IMG/VR virus record: IMGVR_UViG_3300047160_036266
Span: 279,422 to 343,421 of that record
Source: a virus
Lineage: Duplodnaviria > Caudoviricetes
Length of the DNA stretch: 64,000 nt
Reading direction: 5' to 3' (one strand)
This document shows positions 28,401 to 38,453 of the stretch, piece by piece (within the stretch, counting starts at the first letter, position 1; every line of letters starts with the position of its first letter). A model generated the notes under the pieces. The model searched no databases, was not told where the DNA came from, and saw nothing but the letters and a program-made list of their open reading frames with translations. Made by a program: the position numbers and the translations under genes.

Positions 28401-31400
28401 ATCACCTATAACATAGAAGATGGGGTCGATGATGCCTTTGCCAAGGAACCTGGCCAACGCCCAGAAGAACGTACTGAACGCTTTGGTCGTCTTGGCATCG
28501 AGGTTAGCAGCGACCTTGCCCGCATAGGTTCCGGCGTCCACCATTGGCAGAAGACCATAAACGGTCATCCAGACCACCGGCGGGATGGAGGCAATTAACG
28601 GCACCATCGCCTTCATGGACTCGGCGGCGATCTTCACATCCCGTGGGTCGCCAATGACCTTGAAGATCGGGTCGATAATACCTTTGCCCAGGAAGTTGGC
28701 CAGGACACTGAAGAACGTGTTGAATTTCTTGGTTGTCTCCTCGTCAATCTTCTTGGCCATCTGTCCCGCATACTTGCCGGCGTCAACCATCGGCAACAGT
28801 CCGTACACGGTCATCCAGACTACCGGCGGGATCGACGCAATCAGCGGCACCAACGCTTTCATGACCTCCGCAGCAATCTTTACGTCTCGTGGATCGCCAA
28901 TGACCTTGAAGATCGGGTCGATAATGCCTTGGCCAAGGAATTTGGATAAGGTCATGAAGAACTTGTTGAACTCCTTGGTGGTGGACGTGTTTATTTTGGA
29001 AGCAATCTCATTGGCCTTTGTACCCTCTTCGATCATCGGGATGAGGTTCCTTGCCACCATACGCACGACGGGCGGAATATAGGCGATCAACGGCACCAAC
29101 GATTTCATGACATCGGCGGCGATCTTCACGTCGCGTGGATCACCGATGACGTAGAAGATCGGGTCAATGATGCCCCGGCCAAGGAAGGTGGCCAGTGAGG
29201 AAAAGAACTTGTCGAACTCGTCGGCCTTCGCAAGCAGGTCTTTCGCAGATACACCGTGCGTGCCCTTCTCCACGATGGGGATGAGACGGGTGACTACCTG
29301 ATGAATGATCTTGGGAATGGCCTTGAGGACCGGGATGATTGCCTTCATCGTCTCGGCAGCGTCCTGCGCTTCCTTGGCGGGGCCAATGCTCTTGGCAGCG
29401 GCGAGGACCGCCCGCAGCAAGTATACGACGGGCGAGGACATAATCTCAAAGGCTTTGACGGCATCCCACATCCAGTCGGCTATAATCTTTGCCACCGTAG
29501 AGGAAGGCTGCCTGCTCAGGAGCCGCTGGGCCTTCTCGATTGCCTTGAAGACGGCAGTACCGGACTTCAGAGTGCTGCCAATAGCTTCGCCAAGTTTCTT
29601 GGCCTCTTCGGGACTCATGCCGCCTGTTATTCCCCGCCCCATGCCTACCAGCGAGGCAATAAATGGAACAACCGGGGCTGCAATAATCTGGAAAGCCTCG
29701 GCACCCTTTTCCATCATGTTGGCGGTGTCTGTAGCCGCCTCCTTGGCACTCTTAGTTACCCAGAAGAAGAAGCCGCCCTTGAATTGAGTCTTGCCCAATT
29801 CCTCCAAGGTCTGGCGAGTTTTGGCCACGGCATCGAATACCGCCCCGCCCGCCTTGAGGGTGGTTTCCAGCGCCTCTCCCAACTTCTTGGCCTGCTCTTC
29901 TGGCATACTGCCGGTGATCTGCGCTCCCAGCCCCATTAAGGAAGAGATAAAAGGCACCACGGGTGCTGCAATGATGTCGAATACCTCGGCACCCTTCGTC
30001 ATCATGTCGGCGGTTTCCTGGGCCTCTTTGATGGCACCCTTCCCGGTGATCCATGACCAGAAGCTCCCGCCGCCTAACTTGACCAGGGTTTCCTTGGCCT
30101 TATTGACTGAATCAAGTACAGCCCCGCCGGCCTTCATAACGGTCTGGAGATTATCGCCTAGTTTCTTGGCCTCGTCCTCCCCTATGGTTGAAGTCACCAT
30201 TGTGCCGAAGTCCACGAGCTTGCTAATGAAATCCGGGATTGGTCTGGAAATCTCCTCAAATACGCTGATGCCGGTGCGCATAAGGTCAGCCGTTTGTTGG
30301 GCTTCTTTTACCGCACCCTTCCCCGTTATCCACGCCCAGAAACTCCCGCCGCCCATCTTCATGAGGATGGTCTTCGAGTCTTGCACCGCTTGCAAGGTAA
30401 TACCCATTGTCTTCATGAGCGCCTGGACGTTATCGGAAAGCTCCTTCGCATCATCGGCGTCAAGACTGGTCGTGATCTCCTGACCGAATTCGACTACCTT
30501 CTTGGCAAAGTCCTTGACTGGCTTGGAGAACGTGGTAAATACGGTGATGCCGGTGCGCATGGTTTCCGCCGTTTCCTCGGCCTGCTTTTCAGCGCTCTTG
30601 CCTGTGATCCATGACCACACGCTTCGGCCAGCCATCTTGATAAGCGTCTCTTTGGACTCCTGAACAGCCTTCAGCACCACGCCCATCGTCTTCATGAGGG
30701 CCGTGACGTTATCGGCAATCTCCTTGGCGTCTTCGGCGTCTATGTTGGCGGTGATCGCCTCACCAAAGTCAATGACCTGCTTCACAAAGTCCTTCACCGG
30801 CTCCTTGACGATCCCAAAGACAATAATGCCCTTACGCATCATGCCGGCGGTTTCGTATGCCTCAGTAACGGCGCTCTTGCCAGTTATCCAGCCCCAGAAG
30901 CTCGGCCCGCCCATCTTGATGAGGATGCCTTTTATTTCCTCTACACCCTTGAGGACGACGCCACCCGCTTCGATTAGCGTTTTGAAGCTATCGGCTATTT
31001 GCTTGGCCTCTTCGGCGGAAGTACCCTGGATGATCGCCCGGCCCAAATCCAGCAGCGCCCTGATGAAGAACTGGACGGGCTGTGCCATGATGCCAAAGGC
31101 GACGATGCCGGCCCACATCATGGCAGCAATAAAGACCGCCCACCAACCAAGCAGACCAAAACCAGCCAGCAAAGCGCCGTATTTGATTATGTTCCAGGCC
31201 ACCGTACCCATAGCGTCAAATACTGCCTCTACCATCTTGGCCATGTCCTGGGCCTTAGCGGCAGTACCCCACAGTCCTTCGAGTACCTTGATAAAACCAA
31301 GTATGGCCGCTCCAAGCACTATGATGGGCGGCGACATGAGTGCCAGAGCGATAATGCCGATCCACGCCAACTTAACTATCCAAAGCGCAGTCCAGCCCAG

Positions 31401-34400
31401 GGCACCGAAGCCGGCGAGCAATGCACCCGCCACGATAATGCCCAGAGCAACTTTGCCCATTGCTTCAAAGCTGTAATTGACCAGATCGACCGCTTCCTTA
31501 GCCTGGGCCACAGTCCATAAGCCACGAAGGAACTCAATGAAGAATATGATGGCGGCGGCTAAGGCTGCGATAGGCGGCGTCATAAGAGCCAGGGCAAAGA
31601 TGCCCAACCAGGCGTAACCGACAATCCAGAATACCCCCAAACCCAGGGAGCCAAAGGCCACCAACAACCCGCCGCCTATCAATATGCCGAGTGCCGTTAT
31701 TCCCATTGCCTCGAAGGTGTAATAGGTTAGATCAGCGGCCTCCTTGGCTTGGGCAACGGTCCACAGTCCTTCTAATACCTTGATGAATGCGATAAGGGCG
31801 GCGGCGAGAGCGAGGACGGGTATGCCAATGGCGATAAGTGCGCCAATGCCAAGCCAGGCATAGCCAATGATAATGGGTGCAGCCCAGACCAGCGCACCAA
31901 GGCCAATCATTATTCCGGCACCTACGGCTATTCCCGCCGCAACCAACCCAAACGCCGTGAAACTTGCCTGAACCAGTTTCACGGCCTCCTCGGCTTGCTG
32001 GACGGTCCACAAACCCTCCAGAGCCTTAATGAAGAGGATGATAGCAGCGGCGAGAGCCAGGACAGGAATGCCAATGGCGATAAATGCCCCAATGCCCATG
32101 TAGGCATAGCCAATGATAATGGGCGCTGTATAGGCGAGCGCACCGAGTCCGATCAACGCCGCACCGGCCACCACAATACCTATTGCAACCAAGCCCATTG
32201 CCGAAAAACTAGCTTCCACCAGTTTGGCAGCTTGCTCGGCCTCTTTGACCGTCCACAAAGCCTCCAGGGCCTTAATGAACAGAACCATTGCGGCAAAGAG
32301 GGCGAGAACGGGGATCGTCAGGAGGGCCAGGGCAATGATGCCGAGATAGGCGGCGGCAATAAGTTTCCAGGCGAATTTGGCCAGCACCCCAAGTCCCATC
32401 ATCGCCGCCGCAGCAGCAGTAAAGCCCAGGGCCACTATGCCAATGGCTGTGAAGGTAGCAGCCACCAGCTTGGCAGCATATTTGGCCTCTTCGAGCGTCC
32501 ACATGCCTTCAATCATCTTGATGAACAAGATCATGGCGGCGAGAAGGATGGTCGTAGGTATCATGACGAGGCCGATGGCAATGGCGCTCTTTGTCATTTG
32601 CCAGGCCAGCTTCGCTGCCTTGCCAATAGTTGGCATGTACTTCATGTACTTGTCTGCGCCGTATATTGCCGCACCAATTGAACCCGCCGCAATTAACGTA
32701 ACTGTGATAGTGAAGGCTGCTTTCAATGCTTCGGACGGGGTGATTGGGGCTTTGGCAATCGCCTTTACCAGCAGGTACATCGCTGCCATGACTGCCAGTA
32801 TCGGCAAAGCCATCATTGCCAAGCCCTGGGCTGCCTGGAACAATTCCTGCTGGAGTTCCTTAACCTTCGCCTTATCCTTCAGGATTTTGAACTCTGGTTG
32901 CTTCATGCCCTTATCGGCAAGCCACAGCGCACCACCGACAACACCCGCAGCAAATACGGTCGTGGCGATAGTAGTTGCCACCTTGAGGGCATCGCCGCCG
33001 GTGATCGGAGATTTGAGGATCACCTTTACCAGCCCATACATAGCCGCCATTACTGCCAATATGGGGAGCGAGAGTATACCCAGGCTGGCAGCCACCCTCC
33101 ACATATTGCCGGCGAACCTCTTAGCCAGCCGGACGTTCTTCAGCATCTTGAACTCTGGCTGCTTCATGCCCAGGTCGGCAACCCAAAGCGCACCACCGAC
33201 AATTCCGGCTGCCAGGAAGGTCACGGCAATCGTGGTTGCCGCCTTCATTGCTTCAATCGGACTGATGGGTGCCTTGGCGACGAGTTTTACGAGGAGGTAC
33301 ATGGCTGCCATGATGGCCAATATGGGCAACGACAAGATGCCCAGGCTGGCGGTTACTCTCCACATATTGCCAGCAAACCGCTGGGCCAGCCGGACGTTCT
33401 TGAGAAGCTTGAACTCCTTTTGCTTCATTGCCCAATCGGCACCCCATAGTGCAGCACCGATTACGCCGGCAGCCAGGAAGGTTGTGGCAATGGTGAAGGC
33501 CGCTTTCAATGCTTCCGTGGGACTGATGGGGGCTAGGGCGATTAACTTAACCAAGGCGTACATGGCTGTCATGACGGCCAATATGGGCAGCGAGAGCAGA
33601 CCCAGGCTTGCAGTGACCCGCCACATATTCATGGCGAACCGCTGGGCCAGCTTGATGTTCTTGAGAATCTTGAACTCTTTTTGCTTCATTGCCCAATCAG
33701 CGCCCCACAGTGCAGCGCCAATTACACCCGCAGCCCCTATGGTTGTGGCGATGGTGAACGCCGCCTTCATTGCCTCGCTGGGGTTAATGGGCGCTCTGGC
33801 AATTGCCTTAACCAAGATGTACATGGCGAGCATGATGGCGAGGATGGGGGTAGACAGCAGCGCCAGTGACCCAGCCACCCTGAACATTTGCCCGACCATC
33901 TGGACGGTGCCCTTGATGTCCAGAAGCGTGCTGAATTCAGGCTGGGCCATGCCCTTTCTGGCACCAAAGATAGCGAGGCCGATAATACCGGCGGCGGCTA
34001 TTGTGGTGGCAATGGTGAAGGCTGCCTTCATGGCCTCGGCGGGACTAATCGGTGCCCTGGCAGCAGCTTTAACGAGCAGGACCATTGCCGCCATCAGGGC
34101 GATAATAGGAGCGGCCATCAGGGCGAATGCCCCAGCGGCCTTGAAAAGCTTGCCGGCGACTTGCGCCGCCTCCTTCATGTCAGGCAGTTCGTTGAGGACT
34201 TTCTTGATGCCTTCGAGTTTGCCAGTGAGGGTTTTATCAACCCCACCTGCACTGGTGGCTTTGAGCGCACCTGCACCCGGCCCGGCGACTTCGGCTTGCT
34301 TGAGGAGGCCGGCTTCCTTCCTCTGGAGGATGGATTCTCGCTTGAGTTGACCGGCCACCCCCTTCGGACCCATATTCGTGACCATCTTCTCTTCTCTCTT

Positions 34401-37400
34401 GAGCAGTCCCTCCTGCCTCTTGAGAAGTTCCTGATGGACCCTTGGATCGCCGGTCTGGGCTGCGGCCTGAATCCGTTCCCCCCGCAATCTGGCGGCTATT
34501 TCCTTGCCCTTCTCTTTTTGCTGTGCTGGAGTTAAGCCCTTTAGCTCCTCTTTCATCTTCTCTTTTTGGGCTTTAGCACCAGCGGTATACTCAGCCTGTT
34601 GGGTCTTGCTCATGCCCAGGTCGCGTGGCCCTACCGCCTTGTCGCTCATCCGGCAGACGCAGTGGCGTATCTCGGCCAGAATGCGAATAAGCTGCTGGAG
34701 ACTCTTCTGGAGAATACTGTGAGTCGTATCATCGCTTGTGGGTGTAAGCGCAGGCGCTTCTGGACCCTTCAGCCCCAATAAACCTCCTGCCGTGGTAGTG
34801 GTTGGAGCGCCTGGCAGCTTAGGGCCGGTAGGAGCGGGTCCGCCCGGAGTTTGGGAAGGAACTTTGGCAGCAACCTTTTTTTCTAGTTCATCCTCAAAAT
34901 CACCGAATATTCTTGGCCCAAGGTAGGGAATCTTCTTGAGAACGGGGAAGATCGTGCCCAAGCCCTGTTTGTTAAGGGTTATGAGGTTCAGGATACCCTT
35001 GCCGATAGTCGTGGCAACCAAAGTGGCAATAAGGCCGGTTGTGCCAACCAAAGCCAGTAGGTGATGGATGGCCTTCTGGCTGAAGTTCCTGATGCTGTCG
35101 TTGACTTCCATCATCGTCTGGTTCAACTTGCTCATGGGGTCAAGTTGAGCCTTCTGCGCCGTCGCCAATTCCTGCTCGCCCTTGGAAAGCTGGGCACCCA
35201 ACTCACGGAACTTGGTGGGGTCTTTAAGAGCTTCCTCGATGTCCTTGGTGCTGATCTTCAGTTCTTGTTTTCCGGCCTTCAACAACCCGGCGTTTATAGT
35301 CTTGAGGCTTTCCTCAATAGCCGTCTTGGCAGCCCCCGCACTGGTGGTCCACGAGTGGCCCATCGCCTGGAGGTCGCCCTCGAAGTCCTTGCGCCGCTCG
35401 CTGAACTTGGCGAGGGCTTGATCCATGTTTTGAGCGCCCTTGGTGGCTTCATCCAGTGCCGTGAGCATGGACAGGGACGCCGACATGCGCAGGGCACGCT
35501 CCTTCTCCATGAGCGTGGCCTTTTCTTCCAGCGTCAGGTTCTTCTCGCGCTCCTTGTTGATGTCGGCCAAGCGATCCGCCAATCCTTTGCCCGATTCCTT
35601 CATGGCGATTATTGACTGGCGGAATTCCCCTAGCTCCATGCCGTAGGCAGCCTTCAGGGTGACATTGACCTTGAACTTGGCGGCATCACTCATCTGGTCG
35701 ATGGCTTCCAGACTTTCGACCCCGAATCCCTTGAGGATTTCTTCCATGCCCCTGGCCATGTCCTTCACACCCTCCTTGGTGCGAGTGACGGTGCCTTCCA
35801 GAAGGTCTTGAACTCGTCCGACCTTGCTGGCGGCAACGAAGAGGACATTCCTCGTTTCGCTTGAAGCCTTTAACAGCAACTCGGCGCTGCTGCTCATGGC
35901 CCGTATCAGCGGGTCCATTTGCTGCTGGACGCCCAACTTCTGGGCGTTGGCAGCAATTTCGAGGACGTTCTTGGCGCTTGCCGCTGTAAGTTGAGCGGCA
36001 TTGCGGAGCATGGTGATATATTGCTGGCCGGTGCCAAGGGCGGTCTTCAAGGCGTCCCCGGTTAGCCCTGTATTGCGGGCCACTTCCCGCATCCCTCGAC
36101 CCATCTCGGCAATCTGCATCTCGCTCATGCGGCCTTCAAGGGTCCATTTGTGGAAGGCATCCCCCAAATCGCCGGCTGCCATACCGAGTTGTCTTTCGGT
36201 GTTTAGCTGGGCCACGGTTACGGCATGAGCCACCTTTAAGTCTCTAATGCCGCCCTTAACCGTTTTGAGATAAGCTTGCTGGAACTTGGTGCGATCTACG
36301 CCAGTCTGCTTCACCGTGGTCCCAATATTTTCCCACTGTCTTTGCAGCAGCTTGCTTTCGCCTGTGACCCCAGCAACCTCGTAGGCGGCAGCCCGAACGT
36401 CCTTGATGAATAAAACCTCATCCTTTATCACGCCGCCGAAAAGGGTGTCCAATGCACTCTGGCCCTTTTCGGTGAAGCCCATTATTGTGTTCTCTATCGA
36501 AAACAGCATTCGCTTCATGTCGTTATAAAGCGACATGCGCGCCCACAGGAGCTTGTTATAGGATCGCTGGGTGCGCAGTGACTCCCGCCCGATTTCCTCT
36601 TCCTCTTCCAGCACATGCAAAATCTTCTCTTGGCCCTCCAACTGCTTATTGGTGGCATCTGCGGTGGCCTTGGCACCACCGCCGGTGGCCGCACCACCGC
36701 CGACAACAGCAAGACCGCCTCCGGCGGGGGCAACTGCGAGTTTGGCCACGGCTCCGCTTATCTTGTCACAACAACTGTCAATGGCGGCTTTAATGGCGTT
36801 GAGGACTTTGATGGCCGCTTCGTCTATAACGGGCAGAGGCCCACCACCCCCGCCACCACCGGCAGGCACGACATGACCGCCCCCGCCCGCACCACCGCCG
36901 CCTCCTACACGAATCGTGTCAGGCATTCCGGCATGTCCCGCTGGCAGGTGTTGAGCGGCCTCGGCAGGCTTGCCGGCTGCCGCCGCAGCACCCCCGATTG
37001 GCACTTTGTTTACTAGATCATCGAGAGTCTGCCGCAGTTCTTGGGTTTCGGTTTTCAGTTGCGATATAATAGCTGTTTGCTCCTGGTCCCGTTTATCGAA
37101 CGCCGCCAGGGCCTTATGAAGTTGATCGTCTTTGGTATGTACTGTACCCTTATGCAAAGCAGCTTGGGTGAGGGAACCCAGATCATCTTGCATACCCTCG
37201 ATCCCCTTGGTGGCATCGTCCAGGGTTGCCGGCTGTTGCTTGCCCCCGCCCAGGTTGGCAATGTCCTTACTAATCGTTGATAGCAAGGTTGTGGATTCGG
37301 CATCCTTGACTATAAGGCCCTTGCCGTTTATGGCAACCTTGTGTATCTCCTTGATTTGCAGGGCCATTGGCTTGATGTGACTGGTTGCCAACTTCTCGAT

Positions 37401-37868
37401 GCTTACCAGCTTGCTGGCCATGTTGACCACATTATCGAGGATGGACTGGACCTTGGACTCAAGACCCTGACTCACTTTCTCGACCGGCGACATCGCCGCA
37501 CGCTCGGCTTTGGCGGCGGGCGGTGCATTGGCGACCGCAGCACTGGCGTTGGCGTACTGCTTGCTCTCGGCAGCTTCCTTAGCAAAGCGAGGATTGATTT
37601 GCTCGATAAGCCGGGCGATATTTTGCAAGACGGGTGTATTCTTTTCGGTAGCTGCCTTGTTAGCAGCGATATTCTCGTTGATCTTATTGAGGGTCTGTTG
37701 CATGGCGGCAAACGAACGCGAGAGGTCTTCCTTCCTCTCCTCGCCCCGGACGGTAGGTGCGCCGACCTTGCCCGTCATAAGGGTCTTTAGCAATTCTTTC
37801 ATCTCGCTGGTGTTCGTAACGAGTGGCTGAATTACTCGACCAAAGGCATCTTCAAAAGCTGCTGCCAT
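25404..37868 (-). CDS. Giant tape-measure protein (4154 aa)
   Basis: Ala/Gly/Leu-rich helical composition, ~80-93-aa internal repeats, a hydrophobic central block, and the canonical position before tube-initiator, LysM, hub and spike genes. Confidence 0.85.
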   Translation of the reverse strand: MAAAFEDAFGRVIQPLVTNTSEMKELLKTLMTGKVGAPTVRGEERKEDLSRSFAAMQQTLNKINENIAANKAATEKNTPVLQNIARLIEQINPRFAKEAAESKQYANASAAVANAPPAAKAERAAMSPVEKVSQGLESKVQSILDNVVNMASKLVSIEKLATSHIKPMALQIKEIHKVAINGKGLIVKDAESTTLLSTISKDIANLGGGKQQPATLDDATKGIEGMQDDLGSLTQAALHKGTVHTKDDQLHKALAAFDKRDQEQTAIISQLKTETQELRQTLDDLVNKVPIGGAAAAAGKPAEAAQHLPAGHAGMPDTIRVGGGGGAGGGGHVVPAGGGGGGGPLPVIDEAAIKVLNAIKAAIDSCCDKISGAVAKLAVAPAGGGLAVVGGGAATGGGAKATADATNKQLEGQEKILHVLEEEEEIGRESLRTQRSYNKLLWARMSLYNDMKRMLFSIENTIMGFTEKGQSALDTLFGGVIKDEVLFIKDVRAAAYEVAGVTGESKLLQRQWENIGTTVKQTGVDRTKFQQAYLKTVKGGIRDLKVAHAVTVAQLNTERQLGMAAGDLGDAFHKWTLEGRMSEMQIAEMGRGMREVARNTGLTGDALKTALGTGQQYITMLRNAAQLTAASAKNVLEIAANAQKLGVQQQMDPLIRAMSSSAELLLKASSETRNVLFVAASKVGRVQDLLEGTVTRTKEGVKDMARGMEEILKGFGVESLEAIDQMSDAAKFKVNVTLKAAYGMELGEFRQSIIAMKESGKGLADRLADINKEREKNLTLEEKATLMEKERALRMSASLSMLTALDEATKGAQNMDQALAKFSERRKDFEGDLQAMGHSWTTSAGAAKTAIEESLKTINAGLLKAGKQELKISTKDIEEALKDPTKFRELGAQLSKGEQELATAQKAQLDPMSKLNQTMMEVNDSIRNFSQKAIHHLLALVGTTGLIATLVATTIGKGILNLITLNKQGLGTIFPVLKKIPYLGPRIFGDFEDELEKKVAAKVPSQTPGGPAPTGPKLPGAPTTTTAGGLLGLKGPEAPALTPTSDDTTHSILQKSLQQLIRILAEIRHCVCRMSDKAVGPRDLGMSKTQQAEYTAGAKAQKEKMKEELKGLTPAQQKEKGKEIAARLRGERIQAAAQTGDPRVHQELLKRQEGLLKREEKMVTNMGPKGVAGQLKRESILQRKEAGLLKQAEVAGPGAGALKATSAGGVDKTLTGKLEGIKKVLNELPDMKEAAQVAGKLFKAAGAFALMAAPIIALMAAMVLLVKAAARAPISPAEAMKAAFTIATTIAAAGIIGLAIFGARKGMAQPEFSTLLDIKGTVQMVGQMFRVAGSLALLSTPILAIMLAMYILVKAIARAPINPSEAMKAAFTIATTIGAAGVIGAALWGADWAMKQKEFKILKNIKLAQRFAMNMWRVTASLGLLSLPILAVMTAMYALVKLIALAPISPTEALKAAFTIATTFLAAGVIGAALWGADWAMKQKEFKLLKNVRLAQRFAGNMWRVTASLGILSLPILAIMAAMYLLVKLVAKAPISPIEAMKAATTIAVTFLAAGIVGGALWVADLGMKQPEFKMLKNVRLAKRFAGNMWRVAASLGILSLPILAVMAAMYGLVKVILKSPITGGDALKVATTIATTVFAAGVVGGALWLADKGMKQPEFKILKDKAKVKELQQELFQAAQGLAMMALPILAVMAAMYLLVKAIAKAPITPSEALKAAFTITVTLIAAGSIGAAIYGADKYMKYMPTIGKAAKLAWQMTKSAIAIGLVMIPTTILLAAMILFIKMIEGMWTLEEAKYAAKLVAATFTAIGIVALGFTAAAAAMMGLGVLAKFAWKLIAAAYLGIIALALLTIPVLALFAAMVLFIKALEALWTVKEAEQAAKLVEASFSAMGLVAIGIVVAGAALIGLGALAYTAPIIIGYAYMGIGAFIAIGIPVLALAAAIILFIKALEGLWTVQQAEEAVKLVQASFTAFGLVAAGIAVGAGIMIGLGALVWAAPIIIGYAWLGIGALIAIGIPVLALAAALIAFIKVLEGLWTVAQAKEAADLTYYTFEAMGITALGILIGGGLLVAFGSLGLGVFWIVGYAWLGIFALALMTPPIAALAAAIIFFIEFLRGLWTVAQAKEAVDLVNYSFEAMGKVALGIIVAGALLAGFGALGWTALWIVKLAWIGIIALALMSPPIIVLGAAILGFIKVLEGLWGTAAKAQDMAKMVEAVFDAMGTVAWNIIKYGALLAGFGLLGWWAVFIAAMMWAGIVAFGIMAQPVQFFIRALLDLGRAIIQGTSAEEAKQIADSFKTLIEAGGVVLKGVEEIKGILIKMGGPSFWGWITGKSAVTEAYETAGMMRKGIIVFGIVKEPVKDFVKQVIDFGEAITANIDAEDAKEIADNVTALMKTMGVVLKAVQESKETLIKMAGRSVWSWITGKSAEKQAEETAETMRTGITVFTTFSKPVKDFAKKVVEFGQEITTSLDADDAKELSDNVQALMKTMGITLQAVQDSKTILMKMGGGSFWAWITGKGAVKEAQQTADLMRTGISVFEEISRPIPDFISKLVDFGTMVTSTIGEDEAKKLGDNLQTVMKAGGAVLDSVNKAKETLVKLGGGSFWSWITGKGAIKEAQETADMMTKGAEVFDIIAAPVVPFISSLMGLGAQITGSMPEEQAKKLGEALETTLKAGGAVFDAVAKTRQTLEELGKTQFKGGFFFWVTKSAKEAATDTANMMEKGAEAFQIIAAPVVPFIASLVGMGRGITGGMSPEEAKKLGEAIGSTLKSGTAVFKAIEKAQRLLSRQPSSTVAKIIADWMWDAVKAFEIMSSPVVYLLRAVLAAAKSIGPAKEAQDAAETMKAIIPVLKAIPKIIHQVVTRLIPIVEKGTHGVSAKDLLAKADEFDKFFSSLATFLGRGIIDPIFYVIGDPRDVKIAADVMKSLVPLIAYIPPVVRMVARNLIPMIEEGTKANEIASKINTSTTKEFNKFFMTLSKFLGQGIIDPIFKVIGDPRDVKIAAEVMKALVPLIASIPPVVWMTVYGLLPMVDAGKYAGQMAKKIDEETTKKFNTFFSVLANFLGKGIIDPIFKVIGDPRDVKIAAESMKAMVPLIASIPPVVWMTVYGLLPMVDAGTYAGKVAANLDAKTTKAFSTFFWALARFLGKGIIDPIFYVIGDPRDVKIASESMQALVPLIKSIPPVIYGIQYGLVPLMQAGDDLAGNVLTQLENSTDNYQDFFKGVFNFIGHGIVDPIIYDIGDPRDLSIAAMSLAGAVRLINLLPKFIVDLANSIKWFNDPPREPNVKTMGDAVKKFGEWFGGISRALGDGIFIPIKTTFPKPQEVQEAQAQLQGMVDLVKKLPKFIEDLAKEMDTFSKAPWWRMQGVIAAQVTIFSEFFRTIAVALGKGILEPIRKYFPESAFFVEVNGRLDGVRNMLPKVGAMIDALSNEMKRLGGTIGVAAQMLNTAWDLFAFGTFFRNIAWNLKAGMIDPVRQWFPPAKVFQELIARLEMVPKFLPAVRKVCEDITNEIKDYGQSFFGIWWRSVKMNWKFRDFAAYFTDIARGISEGMIQPVQVWFPPSSELADLLKRLEIVQKLIPEVRKTIDKMMEEVNKFGREFPTWEDQSKKQMDAFRFAIFFRSLALSISIGIIDPIWRYFPHSRKLEEVVKEIDAVSRILPKVNEVVDAVTTQMNKLNTGPDWDIDLADSTNKFANFFKGAAEAIRTGIIDPIKENFADTEELEGVIDSLEVLNDVLGEMDTVIATLSGTLAGLADVDVDVSGLTKINFGQISDVATTLSKMPPLDAGQLANYMAGGNATASFVNPAALGPGGAGAAPGGGVTPAAAPPKAAGGMAGMDKAMGAALVRANAGPRAPGAAPGGPDEIQQTQDVGVEEALRELISTMVYTQKTQNRFSEQTITTSSQQSTQANVTGVDRAVTGSAKITSKAVADSTTNLTGRITGISQTVGDSVRAATGPLTTSFNQWRDRQTQQQQQQQQAQQQNQQAQAQANQGMTDLANQGLQRGSIYVHDVETMGAVNRLIQTLGGATGVRLEAATEQPATQVAVAQSMTDLHTAMQQRYATDQAPAAATGPLAEMAELTKLTAQTLAVEQEQKELLAKLVEYFKPKPAPVTGMGGEPRRTQNRTIPGRPPRFPDVPMGQAVQSANLGVLPNNFANS
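26740..34160 (-). repeat. About 28 degenerate coding repeats in the tape measure, with exact periods of 261, 246 and 279 nt
   Basis: Anchor motifs recur at 34024/33763/33502/33241/32980/32719 (261 nt), 32497/32251/32005/31759/31513 (246 nt), 30886/30607/30328/30049 (279 nt) and 29134/28888/28642/28396/28150 (246 nt). Confidence 0.9.
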
Positions 37869-37876
37869 TACATCCT

Positions 37877-38443
37877 TTATGTAGTACCCGGCGTACCAGT
37901 TGTGCCAAGCGGTTGCTCCTCAGTTGACTGAGCCGGCGGATTAACCGTCCGGTTAATCTGGTCACGCACGGCCCGGCGTATCGTGTCTACTTGAGTGGGG
38001 TCGAGGGTTCGTACTGTTTGCAGTACCTTGAGGAGAAATGCACAATCCAACTTCTTTATCTGGCGTATGCCCAGACGTTTATATTGTCGGAACGCTCCTA
38101 CTATATATGCGTCTCCCTTGATGTTATAATACGAAAACCTTGGATTATCACAATTCGGCTGCAACAGGCGCAGAATATAAGGGAATGTCAAATAGTGCAA
38201 ATTCACCCCACGAATATAATCCCGCCACACGTCGGTTATAATCACCAGCGGCGTTGGGTCGTGGCCGGGCTTGAAGTAGAGGTAGCTGAAGGTGACGAGG
38301 CTGCCCTTGTTGATGGTCTGGAAGCTCGGCCCGAACTGGTTGGCCGGCAGCCTGGCGTAAGGAGGCACCTGGCCCGTCTGTTGGACTTGCCCTAAAGCGG
38401 TGAACAGATTTCCAGCAAGCTGGTTACTCGGTAGTGGTGGCAC
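37877..38443 (-). CDS. T4 gp2-like DNA end protector
   Basis: GSLVTFSY...DPTPLVII...IRGVNLHYL resembles gp2 (FxYxxxxxDxxPLhh...GhNLHYL). Confidence 0.55.
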   Translation of the reverse strand: MPPLPSNQLAGNLFTALGQVQQTGQVPPYARLPANQFGPSFQTINKGSLVTFSYLYFKPGHDPTPLVIITDVWRDYIRGVNLHYLTFPYILRLLQPNCDNPRFSYYNIKGDAYIVGAFRQYKRLGIRQIKKLDCAFLLKVLQTVRTLDPTQVDTIRRAVRDQINRTVNPPAQSTEEQPLGTTGTPGTT

Positions 38444-38447
38444 GAAC

Positions 38448-38453
38448 TATATA
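38448..38453. promoter_or_regulatory. Candidate late-promoter TATATA box at a divergent junction
   Basis: 4 nt upstream of the 38443 start; palindromic. Confidence 0.5.

Noticed and set aside
25501-37830. Long plus-strand ORFs (up to 657 aa at 32377-34350) opposite the tape measure
   Set aside because: Antisense shadows caused by Ala/Ile/Met-rich codons lacking reverse stops; no RBS or motifs
15018-37868. Bacterial eCIS, tailocin or T6SS locus
   Set aside because: The gp2-like gene, capsid-targeting-like leaders, giant tape measure and phage-type accessory region fit a phage; no T6SS membrane complex or Afp15-type ATPase is seen. Capsid genes are outside the window, so this is not formally excluded.
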